From: an uncultured Pseudomonadota bacterium
Lineage (GTDB): Bacteria; Pseudomonadota; Alphaproteobacteria; Rs-D84
NCBI GenBank assembly: GCA_902802115.1
Contig: CADCKW010000002.1
Span: 5,744 to 69,743 of the forward strand
DNA: 64,000 bases
Direction: 5' to 3'
Shown: positions 18,309 to 30,497 of the stretch, in pieces
Position numbering within the stretch: the stretch's first letter is position 1
Layout: every line of letters begins with the position of its first letter
Translations under genes and position numbers: made by a program
The notes under the pieces: model-generated
The model's database searches: none
The model's input: only the letters and a program-made list of their open reading frames with translations
Told to the model about the DNA's origin: nothing

Positions 18309-18860
18309 TTATTTTATATCATTGATTTGCTGGGTCACCCATTTGGTTAATTTACGACCAACCCCACTGCCCCATGATGACCAACCGTCCATATCAACAA
18401 TACAGTTTTTACAAAGTGCGGCAACATCATCAAAACTTTGACCGCGACCACCACCACTGTGCGTGACAAACGGAATTACATTTTTATCGGTCAGGTTATA
18501 TTTTGCCAAAAAACTTTTAACCGGTTGCGATATATGATTTGCCCAGACAGGCGAACCAATGAATATAATATCATAATTTTCGGGATTAATATCCGTTGGT
18601 GCTAATGGCGGCAGGTAATTATTTTCTATTTCTTGTTCCAGTATTTTGCGACGTTCTTTTTTATCATCGGGATATTGTTTATCAACCTGGATTTTATATA
18701 ATGTGCCACCTGAGGCATTTGCAATTGCCGTAGCGGTTTTCTCTGTTTTTCCGGTCAGAGAATAATACGCAACCAATATGTTTGGATTTGTTGATTCTGC
18801 GTTTGCATATCCGCCCATCATCAAAGGCAACGCAAATGCTAATATTTTTGTGAATTTCAT
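18309..18860 (-). CDS. Secreted flavodoxin-like fold protein (paralogue 1 of 3)
   Basis: Signal peptide MKFTKILAFALPLMMGGYANA; flavodoxin-like motifs ILVAYYSLTGKTE, IFIGSPVWANHISQP, PFVTHSGGGRG; paralogues at 42175 and 43399. Confidence 0.6.
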   Translation of the reverse strand: MKFTKILAFALPLMMGGYANAESTNPNILVAYYSLTGKTEKTATAIANASGGTLYKIQVDKQYPDDKKERRKILEQEIENNYLPPLAPTDINPENYDIIFIGSPVWANHISQPVKSFLAKYNLTDKNVIPFVTHSGGGRGQSFDDVAALCKNCIVDMDGWSSWGSGVGRKLTKWVTQQINDIK

Positions 18861-18929
18861 GATATTTCCCCCTTTGCTTTATCATGCTAATGCGATCACA
18901 TAGCAAAGACAATAGGAAGGAAAAGATGA

Positions 18930-19496
18930 TTAGCGAACAAGGTATTTTGTATATGTATAAATATCGGCAATTTTGGGATTACGTTTGGATATACGAACAT
19001 TTTGTTCTAATGTTTTTTTATCATATCCGTATTTTTCCCAGAAATATCTGGATGCGCGATTTTGGGACTGCACTTTGCCATAAATAGATTTTAAATCCAA
19101 TTTATTAATACAATAATCTTCCAGTAATTTTATACTTGTGATGGTTTCATTATTGCCCTTGAAAGCCAATCCCCAAACTTCTGCATTTTTATTTATTTTG
19201 GTATCAATATTGTCTAAACCAACCATACCACCAATTTTTCCGCTTTCGTTATATACAAAAAACTGTTCATCGTATGATTTTGATGGATTAAATGTGTGTG
19301 CAATCTTTTTGCGTTTAGTATCAGCAATATACAATGTCATAAAAATATAAAACCGCATTTTGTTTGGTGTCACATCGCGTCCCGCCCACCAAAACCATGG
19401 GGCAAGGCGATCACGATTAGATTCCAGCAAATCATACATTTCTGCACCATTTTTTACAAACCGACGAAAATTTAATTGTTTCAATTCGATTGACAT
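18930..19496 (-). CDS. GNAT-family N-acetyltransferase (RimJ/RimL-like)
   Basis: GNAT core ...IGGMVGLDNIDTKINKNAEVWGLAFKG...YFWEKYGY; start chosen at MSIELKQ. Confidence 0.55.
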   Translation of the reverse strand: MSIELKQLNFRRFVKNGAEMYDLLESNRDRLAPWFWWAGRDVTPNKMRFYIFMTLYIADTKRKKIAHTFNPSKSYDEQFFVYNESGKIGGMVGLDNIDTKINKNAEVWGLAFKGNNETITSIKLLEDYCINKLDLKSIYGKVQSQNRASRYFWEKYGYDKKTLEQNVRISKRNPKIADIYTYTKYLVR

Positions 19497-19567
19497 TGTT
19501 TTTCCTGTTGCTACATGTAATTTAATACAAAATTGTGATTTTGTCAAGATTATTAATAAAAAATAAA

Positions 19568-19639
19568 ATGGAGTCGAAGCCCCCCTCGATACACAATAAT
19601 AAAAATCTATAAAAAAAGAATTATGGAGTCGAAGGGATT
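19568..19639. repeat. Two partial direct repeats of the tRNA-Ser 3' end: GGAGTCGAAGGGATT at 19625..19639 and GGAGTCGAAG at 19569..19578
   Basis: Exact 15-nt and 10-nt matches to the T-arm/acceptor 3' strand of the tRNA-Ser at 19794..19884, located 160-230 bp downstream of its 3' end. Confidence 0.6.
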
Positions 19640-19793
19640 GTTTCGCTGTCGCTTCACCACCTTGGCTCATTCGCTACGCTCACCGGCATATTAACATCTG
19701 CCTTTCGCCTGCGGTTCGAACCCTTGAACCCCGGGTTCTAATCCCGAGACACCAAAACAAAAATAAAACGCCCATTTGGGCGTTTGATTTTTG

Positions 19794-19884
19794 TGGCGGA
19801 GTCGAAGGGATTCGAACCCTTGATACCGTTGCCGGTATACCACATTTCCAATGTGGCGCACTAGACCAACTATGCGACGACTCC
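19794..19884 (-). tRNA. tRNA-Ser (anticodon GGA) with long variable arm and encoded CCA
   Basis: Reverse complement folds as GGAGTCG acceptor, GTTGGTCTAG D-loop, anticodon loop TTGGAAA, long variable arm TATACCGGCAACGGTATC, T-loop GGTTCGAATCC, CGACTCC-G-CCA. Confidence 0.85.
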
Positions 19885-19891
19885 GGATAAA

Positions 19892-20266
19892 TTATTCGTC
19901 GTCATCAGGTGTATCGTCAGCATCTGTGTCGGCACCAACAACCGCATCGTCCATCAACGAATTTTCCAATTCTGCATCCAATTCGCGCAATTGTGGATCG
20001 GCGGATTCAACCTCTAATGTTTCTGCATCTGCATCGGCAGCCGGGGTATCTTTGTAAGATTGCACAAATTCATGGCGAACATTTGCAACGTCCAATTTCC
20101 CAGATGCAATTTCACGCAATGCAACCACAGTCAGTTTATCACGACCAGGTTCAACCACAGGTTCAGCACCACCGTTCAAATCACGAACGCGTTGCGATGC
20201 CAACATGCCTAATTCATAACGACTATCCACGTATGGTAATGTATCAGAATTTGTTGTACGTGCCAT
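19892..20266 (-). CDS. rpoZ: RNA polymerase omega subunit with an acidic C-terminal tail
   Basis: [30 protein letters not shown] matches the RpoZ N-terminus (MARVTV...NRFELV..AAQRARQL). Confidence 0.75.
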   Translation of the reverse strand: MARTTNSDTLPYVDSRYELGMLASQRVRDLNGGAEPVVEPGRDKLTVVALREIASGKLDVANVRHEFVQSYKDTPAADADAETLEVESADPQLRELDAELENSLMDDAVVGADTDADDTPDDDE

Positions 20267-20325
20267 TTTAAATCCTTTGTTGAAATTTTTTCTAACCAGG
20301 CTATAATGCCCCAAGGATATTAAAA

Positions 20326-21552
20326 ATGCAAGAAGAAAATATAAAATCTTTGTCTTTTGGTTGTCGTTTGAACGCGTTAGAGTGCGAAAAGATTAAAAAT
20401 GTTTTGGCACCACATGTCGATACGGCGATTATCGTTAATAGTTGTTCGGTCACAGCAGAGGCCGAACGGCAATCTGCACAATCTGTGCGGCGTATTTCTC
20501 GCGAAAATCCAAATGTGCCTATTTTTGTGACAGGCTGTGGCGCAACAAGAAACCCTGAATTGTTCGAAAAAATCCCGAATACTGTGGTAATTTCTAATGC
20601 TGATAAATTAAATCCGCAATCGTATATCGACGGTTTAGCAAAATTAAATACAAATGGCGAAATTGTTAGTTTTGTTCATGAAACTCCCGAATTATCAAAG
20701 CAATTTATTCAAATTCAAAATGGTTGTAATCATAAATGCACTTATTGTGTGACCAGACTTTTACGCGGACCGGCTGTATCATTCCCATACGATGAAATAT
20801 TGGCTGATGCGCGCGCAGCCGTTAAACGCGGATTCTTTGAAATTGTCATCACAGGCGTTGATAGTGCATCATACGCATATAAAATGGGCGATAAATTCAT
20901 TTTTATTAGCGATGTTTGCAAAATGCTGTTGCGTGATGTGCCAGAAATTCGCCGTTTGCGTATTTCTTCGTTGGACCCAGCAAGCCCTGAAATTTTCAAA
21001 ATTATCGATTTGATTCATAACGACAAACGCATGATGCCGCATTTGCATTTGTCTATGCAATCGGGTTCAAATACCATTTTGTCTGCAATGTTGCGGCGAC
21101 ACAATGCCGATTTGGTGCGCAAAATTGTTGCAGCCGCCAATGGTATTACATTTAGTTGGGATATAATCTGTGGTTTTCCAGGCGAAACAGACGAATTATT
21201 TAATGAAACATTAGATTTGGTGGCTGAGGTCAAACCAATCAAAATTCATGCGTTTCCGTATTCACCCAGACCTGGGACAGTCGGTGCGACTATGCCGAAC
21301 CAAATTCCGCGCAACATTTCCAAAAAAAGAGTGCATAAAATCACCGAATTGGCGGATAAAAACATGGCTGATTTTATGGCAACATGTATCGGTAAAACAG
21401 TATCTTGCCTGGTTGAGAATAATAATATTGCACGCACGCCGGACGATATAGATGTTGTGATTGTGGGGGCATTAATTCCGCCACGCACAATTTGCGACAT
21501 CAAATTGACAGGCATAAAAAATGGCCAATTTATCGGTGAAAAAATTTTATAA
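20326..21552 (+). CDS. Radical-SAM tRNA methylthiotransferase (MtaB/MiaB family)
   Basis: N-terminal MTTase domain [14 protein letters not shown], radical [12 protein letters not shown]-terminal TRAM-like domain; the 408-aa length fits MtaB. Confidence 0.65.
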   Translation: MQEENIKSLSFGCRLNALECEKIKNVLAPHVDTAIIVNSCSVTAEAERQSAQSVRRISRENPNVPIFVTGCGATRNPELFEKIPNTVVISNADKLNPQSYIDGLAKLNTNGEIVSFVHETPELSKQFIQIQNGCNHKCTYCVTRLLRGPAVSFPYDEILADARAAVKRGFFEIVITGVDSASYAYKMGDKFIFISDVCKMLLRDVPEIRRLRISSLDPASPEIFKIIDLIHNDKRMMPHLHLSMQSGSNTILSAMLRRHNADLVRKIVAAANGITFSWDIICGFPGETDELFNETLDLVAEVKPIKIHAFPYSPRPGTVGATMPNQIPRNISKKRVHKITELADKNMADFMATCIGKTVSCLVENNNIARTPDDIDVVIVGALIPPRTICDIKLTGIKNGQFIGEKIL

Positions 21553-21598
21553 AAAATTATTGGAAAACACGAATAAAATCTTTTAAGATTTGGGCGAT

Positions 21599-22774
21599 AT
21601 GAATAAAATTGTGTTCGCTTTTTTGTTATCATTTATTACATCTGTGGCAAACGCAGAATTTACCACAACTGCGAAATCTGCGTTTTTGATTGATTATGAT
21701 TCTGGGGCGGAAATCGTGTCAAAAAATGCCGATGTATTAATGCCGCCTTCGTCCATGATAAAATTGATGACTTTGGCGGTATTGTTTGACGAAATTAAGG
21801 CTGGACGCGTTAAAATGGACGACAGATTCCCTGTGTCCAGTAATGCGGACTATAAAAACCCATTATGGTACCCGGCATCCAAGATTTGTTTAAAAACCGG
21901 ACAAACTGTCAAAGTTCGCGATTTAATTTTGGGCTTGATTGTGTTATCTGGGGGCGATGCATCGGTTGTTGTGGCGGAAAAACTGGCCGGCAATGAAAAT
22001 GCTTTTACTGGGTTGATGCAACGCAAGGCCTCTGCGTTAGGTATGGAAAAATCTACATTTGGAAATGCAAGCGGCCTGCCCCACCCGGCAAATTTAATGA
22101 CATCACGAGAACTCGCAATTTTGGCAACACATATTATCAGTGATTATCCTGATATTTACCCGATGTTTGCAACAAGACGATTTGAATTTAACGAATACCA
22201 AGATGAATGGTGTCGTGATTGGGGCAAAACCCACACATTGAATTACAACAAATTATTGTTTGTTATGCCGGGTGCAGACGGATTAAAGACTGGGCACACA
22301 GACGATGGCGGGTATGGTGTTGTGGCAAGTAGCGTTGTTGGTGGGCGGCGATTGGTTGGTGTTATAAATGGATTTCACGGTCGCGGTCATGACGCATTGG
22401 CAAACGAGATGAAAAAAATGATGAATCATGGTTTTTCAACAACTATGAACAAAGTTTTTTATCGCCCTGGGGAAGAAGTCGCAAAATTACCAACGTGGTA
22501 TGGACGTGATGATTTTGTCGTTGCAACGGTTAAAAAACCTTTTGCTATTACCCTGGCAAAGACAGACGGTATGACGGGTGTGCGGGTTGTTGCATTGTAT
22601 GACAGCCCAGTTGCCGCGCCAATTCATGCCGGGGACAAGATTGGAACATTGGTTGCGACAAAAAATGGTAAAACGGTTGCAAGTGCAGATTTGGTCGCAC
22701 GCGACACCGTCCGTCGCGTTCAATTATTCCGTCGCGTATGGAAAAATATTATGGTATTATTAAATATGAATTAA
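21599..22774 (+). CDS. D-alanyl-D-alanine carboxypeptidase (PBP5/6, S11 family)
   Basis: Signal peptide; SxxK SSMIKLMT, SxN LSGGDAS, KTG KTGHT. Confidence 0.8.
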   Translation: MNKIVFAFLLSFITSVANAEFTTTAKSAFLIDYDSGAEIVSKNADVLMPPSSMIKLMTLAVLFDEIKAGRVKMDDRFPVSSNADYKNPLWYPASKICLKTGQTVKVRDLILGLIVLSGGDASVVVAEKLAGNENAFTGLMQRKASALGMEKSTFGNASGLPHPANLMTSRELAILATHIISDYPDIYPMFATRRFEFNEYQDEWCRDWGKTHTLNYNKLLFVMPGADGLKTGHTDDGGYGVVASSVVGGRRLVGVINGFHGRGHDALANEMKKMMNHGFSTTMNKVFYRPGEEVAKLPTWYGRDDFVVATVKKPFAITLAKTDGMTGVRVVALYDSPVAAPIHAGDKIGTLVATKNGKTVASADLVARDTVRRVQLFRRVWKNIMVLLNMN

Positions 22775-22781
22775 AGGTTTA

Positions 22782-23684
22782 TTGATGGCAAAAAAATCGG
22801 TACCTGTTTTTGATTTTCCACACCCTATGGATAACGATACTTTGATTGGTCACATGGGAACGGTTAAAAATTTCATGAACGCATGGAACAATCGTGACAA
22901 TCACCCTATACACCCTGTATGGATGCTGACCGGGCCACGCGGCATTGGCAAGGCAACATTGGCATATAAACTGGCGCGCATGGTATATGGAAATGTTGGC
23001 GATTTTTTCATTATTGACCAATCACGCAACCTGGACAAAGACGGAAAATTAAAACCAGACAGCAAAGAAATTTCTGTTTATACGGTTCGCGCAATGATTG
23101 ATAAAATGCAATTATCAGCAATGTCTGATTCTTGGCGCGTGGTATTGATTGACTCGCTGGACGAATTGAACAAGGCGGCATCAAACGCAATTTTAAAGTT
23201 ATTAGAGGAACCACCTGCGAAAACTTTATTTTTGTTGGTTGTTCATCAGTTGGCAAATGTTTTACCAACACTGCGTTCGCGCGCACGCGTCGAAAAAATG
23301 CACCCTTTGTCCGTCAGTGAATTACGCGATTTGTGTGTTCGTTTTATGCCAGATGCAGATGTCAGTCCCGAGATAATCAAACTCGCCAATGGTAGTTTTG
23401 GAAAAATCGCAGATATGAAACGCAGTGGCGGCGATGTGATTTATGACGAACTGATTGAAACATTAAAAAATAATTCTGCAACTTCGTCTGATTTGATGAT
23501 GATTGCAAAAAAAATTGCGCCAGCCCCAGAATTATATAGCATTTTGCTGGATACAATTGCATACTTTGGATTGGCAGATTTGTACCCAAATGCCACCAAG
23601 GCTATTGCGGATATAAATGCGGTTCATTTGGAACCAGAAGTTGGAATTTTTAAAATAATAATGGATGTAAAAAAATGTTTATAG
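22782..23684 (+). CDS. holB: DNA polymerase III delta-prime subunit
   Basis: HP..WMLTGPRGIGKATLAYKLAR...LKLLEEPP...LVVHQL...LPTLRSR. Confidence 0.75.
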   Translation: MMAKKSVPVFDFPHPMDNDTLIGHMGTVKNFMNAWNNRDNHPIHPVWMLTGPRGIGKATLAYKLARMVYGNVGDFFIIDQSRNLDKDGKLKPDSKEISVYTVRAMIDKMQLSAMSDSWRVVLIDSLDELNKAASNAILKLLEEPPAKTLFLLVVHQLANVLPTLRSRARVEKMHPLSVSELRDLCVRFMPDADVSPEIIKLANGSFGKIADMKRSGGDVIYDELIETLKNNSATSSDLMMIAKKIAPAPELYSILLDTIAYFGLADLYPNATKAIADINAVHLEPEVGIFKIIMDVKKCL

Positions 23685-24505
23685 ATACTCATTGTCATTT
23701 AAATGATAAATACCGCGGTGGTGTTAATGATGTTATTGGTCGTTCGCGCCGTAAAAATGTTGGTGTTATTGTCAGTGCAACCGCAGAACCAGCCGATGTC
23801 CCGGTGGTTTTAGATATTGCGCGCACACATAAAAATGTGTTCTGCACAATTGGTTTTCACCCAGATTGCGCAGGAACTGTTAATCCGGCAGACTATTTAA
23901 CCCCAGATGTTTTAAACGACCCTGCGGTTATTGGTATTGGCGAAATTGGTTTGGATTATCATGAACGCAATGATAATTGCGCCGACCAAATTAAACTGTT
24001 CAATGACCAATTAGAAATCGCACGCGAATATGATTTACCTGTGGCAATTCATACCAGACAAGCCGAAGAAGACACAATTAAATATTTAACAGATAAAAAT
24101 CACGGTGTTTTACATTGTTATACAGGCACATGGGATATGGCCAAAATCATGCTGGACCGCGGATTTTATTTTTCAGCCAGTGGTATTTTGACTTTCAAAA
24201 ACGCAGATGCAGTTCGCGAAGTATTCAAAAAAATTCCGTTGGACAGAATTGTCGTTGAAACCGATGCACCTTTGTTGGCACCGACACCGTTGCGCGGAAA
24301 AACATGCGAACCATGGATGGTGAAAAAAACGGCGGTTATGTTGGCACATATCAAAGATGTAAAAATCAAAAAATTAGAAGCAATTTTGTATGAAAATACT
24401 TTCAAATTGTATCCAAAAATCAAACTGTATGAACGCCCACAAAAACAATTCGATAACCCAGAATCACCAGAAAATACAGAAATTGATACAACCAACGAAG
24501 AATAA
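23675..24505 (+). CDS. tatD: TatD-family metal-dependent DNase/hydrolase
   Basis: FIDTHCHLN, IGEIGLDYH, ETDAP motifs. Confidence 0.8.
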   Translation: MFIDTHCHLNDKYRGGVNDVIGRSRRKNVGVIVSATAEPADVPVVLDIARTHKNVFCTIGFHPDCAGTVNPADYLTPDVLNDPAVIGIGEIGLDYHERNDNCADQIKLFNDQLEIAREYDLPVAIHTRQAEEDTIKYLTDKNHGVLHCYTGTWDMAKIMLDRGFYFSASGILTFKNADAVREVFKKIPLDRIVVETDAPLLAPTPLRGKTCEPWMVKKTAVMLAHIKDVKIKKLEAILYENTFKLYPKIKLYERPQKQFDNPESPENTEIDTTNEE

Positions 24506-24508
24506 ACA

Positions 24509-24979
24509 ATGACAAGAAATATCATCAAAGTTGGACAAGTCGCAGAAAATCGCAAGGCGCGGTTTAGTTATTCTATTACCGATACAATCGAGGCCGGAAT
24601 ATCACTGACGGGGGCGGAATTAAAATCTGTGCGATATGGGCTGGTTTCTATTGTTGATGGTTTTGTGCAAAAACGTGGAAACGATTTATATTTGGCTGGG
24701 GTCGAAATTCAAAAACTGCCAACGGCGGCACGCATCGTTAATTTTGACGAAAGACGCAGTCGTCAGTTATTGTTGCATCGCGCACAAATCAATCGCATGA
24801 TTGGAAAGTTGCAAGAAAAAGGTGCAACCATTGTTCCTTTGAAATTTTATTTTACCAATCGCGGTCGATTAAAAGTTTTATTGGGAATTGGTTATGGTAA
24901 AAATCGTGCCGACAAACGCGAAACAATTAAACAGCGCGAGTGGGACAAATCCAAGGCGCGCATTTTAAAAGGTAAATAA
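24509..24979 (+). CDS. smpB: SsrA-binding protein SmpB
   Basis: KVGQVAENRKARFSYSI...GISLTGAELKSVR...L.G.EI..L SmpB signature. Confidence 0.9.
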   Translation: MTRNIIKVGQVAENRKARFSYSITDTIEAGISLTGAELKSVRYGLVSIVDGFVQKRGNDLYLAGVEIQKLPTAARIVNFDERRSRQLLLHRAQINRMIGKLQEKGATIVPLKFYFTNRGRLKVLLGIGYGKNRADKRETIKQREWDKSKARILKGK

Positions 24980-25025
24980 TCCGTCTGGGCAAAGCACAGC
25001 CGCGATTATAATTGTTGTCCAATAA

Positions 25026-25064
25026 TAAAAAAAGCACCGAACAAAAGTTCGGTGCTTTTTTTAT
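25026..25064. terminator. Bidirectional terminator AAAAAAAGCACCGAACAAAAGTTCGGTGCTTTTTTTAT
   Basis: Hairpin with flanking A/T tracts between convergent genes. Confidence 0.7.
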
Positions 25065-25074
25065 CCGTTATTAT

Positions 25075-25581
25075 TTATTGGTCGATATCCATATCTTCAT
25101 CGGCTGCAACATCTGCCTGTTTTGCACTACGCATTTCATGTTTTGCAGATTTTATTTCTTCGCGTGAAATACAACCATCGGCATTTGTATCCGCAACAGA
25201 CAATGTTTCCAACATTTTTGGACATTTTACAGATTCTAAAACAACACAACCGTTATCATCAAATTCCATATGATGCATTGGTTTTTCATTCATAAACAAT
25301 GGTGCAACCGCCATACCGGCAACAAACACGATACATAACAAAATAACCTTGATGCACCAACGAATAACGCGATGACCACAACAGCAGCAGCAATGACATT
25401 TTTCACCACATGCACATGCGGTTTTTGTTTCCATTACATCGGCATTTTTGTTTGTTGCACGCACAACGCGTTTTGTTGATTTTGCCACAGATTTTGTTGG
25501 CATTGAACGTGTCGCAGATGCCTTAACAGAGGCGCGTGCAGTTGTTTTTTTAGTATTTTTTTTGATTGTTTTTTGTGCCAT
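25075..25581 (-). CDS. Small membrane protein: Lys/Thr-rich basic N-terminus, poly-Cys cluster (CACGEKCHCCCCCGH), one TM, C-terminal canonical EF-hand loop (DTNADGCISREE)
   Basis: Features read directly in the translation; 12-residue loop D-x-N-x-D-G-x-I-x-x-E-E. Confidence 0.5.
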   Translation of the reverse strand: MAQKTIKKNTKKTTARASVKASATRSMPTKSVAKSTKRVVRATNKNADVMETKTACACGEKCHCCCCCGHRVIRWCIKVILLCIVFVAGMAVAPLFMNEKPMHHMEFDDNGCVVLESVKCPKMLETLSVADTNADGCISREEIKSAKHEMRSAKQADVAADEDMDIDQ

Positions 25582-25692
25582 TTCCCTTTCCTTTTTTTGT
25601 TAATGTTTTAACGCGGTTAATTTTAAAGAATTATTTTTTTTAAGTAAAGAATTTTTTTAATTAAAATTCCCATTTGTTTTATGTTTTTTATT

Positions 25693-26772
25693 TTATTCGG
25701 CATTTGGTGTTTCACCATATAAATCCGCAGGATTTGAATTTTCCGCAACTGTTTCGGCTGTTGGTTCTGGGGCAACCGATGTTTCGGGTTGCGATGTTGT
25801 ATTTGGCATTTCCAATGGTGCCGGATTATCTAAATCTATCAATTTATATTCGCGCGAACCAACACCGATTTGTTCGGCGGCTTCTAATGTATGCAGGCCA
25901 TTTCTGTCCGCGATACGCGCCATCAATTTGTCGTTATTTTCGGCCTTGGAAACCATATCAATACCCGCCTGATCAACGGCGACAGGGTCAATGGACGCCA
26001 AAATACCAATATCATGAATATCTGGTTCCGCCGGATTTGCATTACAATCGCAATCAATACTGATTCTGTTTAAAACATTTATAAATGCCATATTGTCACG
26101 ACCGACATGTTCAATAACTGATTTTGATGCGTCCGCCATAGATTCCAAGAACGCCGTTTGTTCGCCACCCCACGGGTTATCTTTGGACGTGCCGCCAGAA
26201 TGAATCCATGCTTTGCCCATTGACGATGCCATACCAATCGATATATTTTTTAATGCACCACCAAAGCCCGCCATTTGATGTCCTTTGAAATGCGACAAAA
26301 CCAAGAAAGAGCCATAATCGCGAAAATGAGAGCCCACATAATTTTCATTTAATCTTTTGCCATTATCAACGTTTAATGCCATTGAATCATCAGCGTCCAT
26401 GATATCGACCGGGGCAATATCCAAAAATCCGCGTTCGCGAATTGCCTGCATATGTGATTCTGTATCATTACGAGAACCCGCATAGGCGGTATTACATTCG
26501 ACAATCGTGCCATTTACACGATTAACCAAATCTTTGATAAAATCCGGACGCAAATAATTTGTTTTTGCAGATTCACCTGTGCTGATTTTTACACCGACTT
26601 TACCGTTCGGTTGCCATTTCATCGCATCATACACACGCGCCAATCCATCAGGTGATATATCACGCGTAAAATACACCACAGGAACATTTTTATTTTCATC
26701 AGCCATTGCATTTCCTTTTATCATTGTTATTGTTGCCAGCGCACAACATAATGCAGTTATATACTTTTTCAT
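25693..26772 (-). CDS. Secreted DUF362-like protein with a Pro/Thr/Glu-rich C-terminal tail
   Basis: Signal peptide MKKYITALCCALATITMIKGNA; central region (FLVLSHFKGHQMAGFGGALKNISIGMAS, ...DCDCNANPAEPD) resembles DUF362 as recalled. Confidence 0.4.
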   Translation of the reverse strand: MKKYITALCCALATITMIKGNAMADENKNVPVVYFTRDISPDGLARVYDAMKWQPNGKVGVKISTGESAKTNYLRPDFIKDLVNRVNGTIVECNTAYAGSRNDTESHMQAIRERGFLDIAPVDIMDADDSMALNVDNGKRLNENYVGSHFRDYGSFLVLSHFKGHQMAGFGGALKNISIGMASSMGKAWIHSGGTSKDNPWGGEQTAFLESMADASKSVIEHVGRDNMAFINVLNRISIDCDCNANPAEPDIHDIGILASIDPVAVDQAGIDMVSKAENNDKLMARIADRNGLHTLEAAEQIGVGSREYKLIDLDNPAPLEMPNTTSQPETSVAPEPTAETVAENSNPADLYGETPNAE

Positions 26773-26792
26773 TTCGCCCCCCGTTTTAACAA

Positions 26793-28799
<2,007 letters not shown>

Positions 28800-28861
28800 T
28801 TATGTTGGACATGTCAATTTAATGCTTTACAAAAAAACGCGTAATATGGTAAAATATTCCT

Positions 28862-30076
28862 ATGCGAAAAGATAAAAAATCTTTATCTGTAAAGCGTGGA
28901 TTACGCCTGTTAAAACTGGGGTGGTTTTGTCATAATTTTATGTTGATATTGCCTGTTATTGTTTTGGTTTATACCCAGAAAGGTATTACGGTTGGTGATT
29001 TCTTTTTAATCCAAGGTTTATTTAGAATTGCAGCGGTTTTGTTTGAAATTCCGTCTGGGTATATGTCGGACGTTTTTAGTCGGCGACGTATTTTAATTTA
29101 TGCGGCCGTGGTGGCAACGCTGGGCTTCGCAACGGTTGCAATGGCACATGGTTTTTGGGGGATTATGCTGGGGGAAGGTTTGTTAGGCGTATCATCGGCT
29201 TTGTTTTCTGGAACGCTGGAGGCATATACATACGATTTATTAAAACGCACAAACAGCCAAAAAAATTTCTTACGCGAATATGGTAGTGTGAATACTTTTG
29301 GTGATATTGCTGCTTTCGTCGGTACCGTATTGGGTGGTATGTTATATGCTGGGGTTGGTGGCGAAATGTTATTATGGATTGAAACAAGTATTGCAGCAAT
29401 CGCCGTATTTGCATATTTATTTGTACCTGAATTAACCGAAATTAAGCGTGTTGTTAATCATAAAACAGCGGTCGCAGATGCAATTGGTATTACTTGGAAA
29501 ACTATAAAAAATCCTAAGTTGCGTAATTTTATTATATTTCCGTCTATATTTGGGGCTTTTACAATTATGTTGTTATGGATTATGCAGCCAATTATGCAAA
29601 CAGCCGCCGTGCCAGTTAGTTTATTTGGATTCTATGTTGGTGCAAATCAATTGTCGCGCGCAGTATTTTCAAAATATGCGTATAAGATATGTGATCGATT
29701 TGGTAATATGACGACATCTGTGTTGTCTGTATTATCTGTGATTTTATCCATAGTCGCAGGTATATTGGCAATGTATGTGAATAATATGGTTGCTGTATAT
29801 ATTTTATGTGCAATATTGGCATTTGTTCCATCGATGCAATCTTTGGTAAAGTTGCAATATAACACACTGATTCACGATTGTGTAAAATCGCAAGAACGTG
29901 GAACAGTTATATCAACACGCGCAATGGTATCTATGATATTGGGCGCAGTTGTTTTGGTTATTGCAAAATTCTTGGTTGATGGTTTGGGATTAACAGCAAC
30001 AATGATATGCGCGCTGGCTGCAACAATTGTTCTGTTTTGGGCATTACGTAAAGTATCACGATTTGTTAAACAATAA
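28862..30076 (+). CDS. MFS transporter
   Basis: 12-TM-like hydropathy, motif-A-like GYMSDVFSRRR. Confidence 0.65.
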   Translation: MRKDKKSLSVKRGLRLLKLGWFCHNFMLILPVIVLVYTQKGITVGDFFLIQGLFRIAAVLFEIPSGYMSDVFSRRRILIYAAVVATLGFATVAMAHGFWGIMLGEGLLGVSSALFSGTLEAYTYDLLKRTNSQKNFLREYGSVNTFGDIAAFVGTVLGGMLYAGVGGEMLLWIETSIAAIAVFAYLFVPELTEIKRVVNHKTAVADAIGITWKTIKNPKLRNFIIFPSIFGAFTIMLLWIMQPIMQTAAVPVSLFGFYVGANQLSRAVFSKYAYKICDRFGNMTTSVLSVLSVILSIVAGILAMYVNNMVAVYILCAILAFVPSMQSLVKLQYNTLIHDCVKSQERGTVISTRAMVSMILGAVVLVIAKFLVDGLGLTATMICALAATIVLFWALRKVSRFVKQ

Positions 30077-30123
30077 AAATCCCCCAATTTGTTGAGGGAT
30101 TAAATATCGACACATTTTTTGCT

Positions 30124-30333
30124 TTAACGATTGGTTGTTGGTTTATCAATGAATATCCATACCAACCAAAGTAATGCCGCAACACCGATAATAGAATATA
30201 CGATACTTGCTGCAAAAGTCGCCTGGCCAAAAATCCATGCAACCAAATCAAAGCCAAATAACCCAACCAATCCCCAATTCAAGGCACCGATAAAGGTTAA
30301 TGGTTCCAATACATACGTTGTCAGTCCTCTCAT
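30124..30333 (-). CDS. DUF378-family small membrane protein
   Basis: FIGALNWGLVGLFGFDLVAWIFG consensus. Confidence 0.55.
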   Translation of the reverse strand: MRGLTTYVLEPLTFIGALNWGLVGLFGFDLVAWIFGQATFAASIVYSIIGVAALLWLVWIFIDKPTTNR

Positions 30334-30497
30334 CTGTTTTTTCTCCTTATAAATTTTATCAAAAAGTTTGTCTTTTTGATATTTTCATTATAAGGCATCG
30401 CACCCATAATTTCAATTATGTTTTATCATTTAGGAATAAGTGCAAAACTTTTTGAATAATAGGAATTTATGCATATACACGAATACATATTGCCGCG

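Noticed and set aside
19637-19793. Possible second tRNA or a two-piece (alphaproteobacterial permuted) tmRNA next to tRNA-Ser, considered because smpB is nearby
   Set aside because: The segment cannot be folded into a cloverleaf or an acceptor/T-arm pair plus tag reading frame; the matches are only the short tRNA-Ser 3'-end repeats, so it is better read as an att-site remnant.
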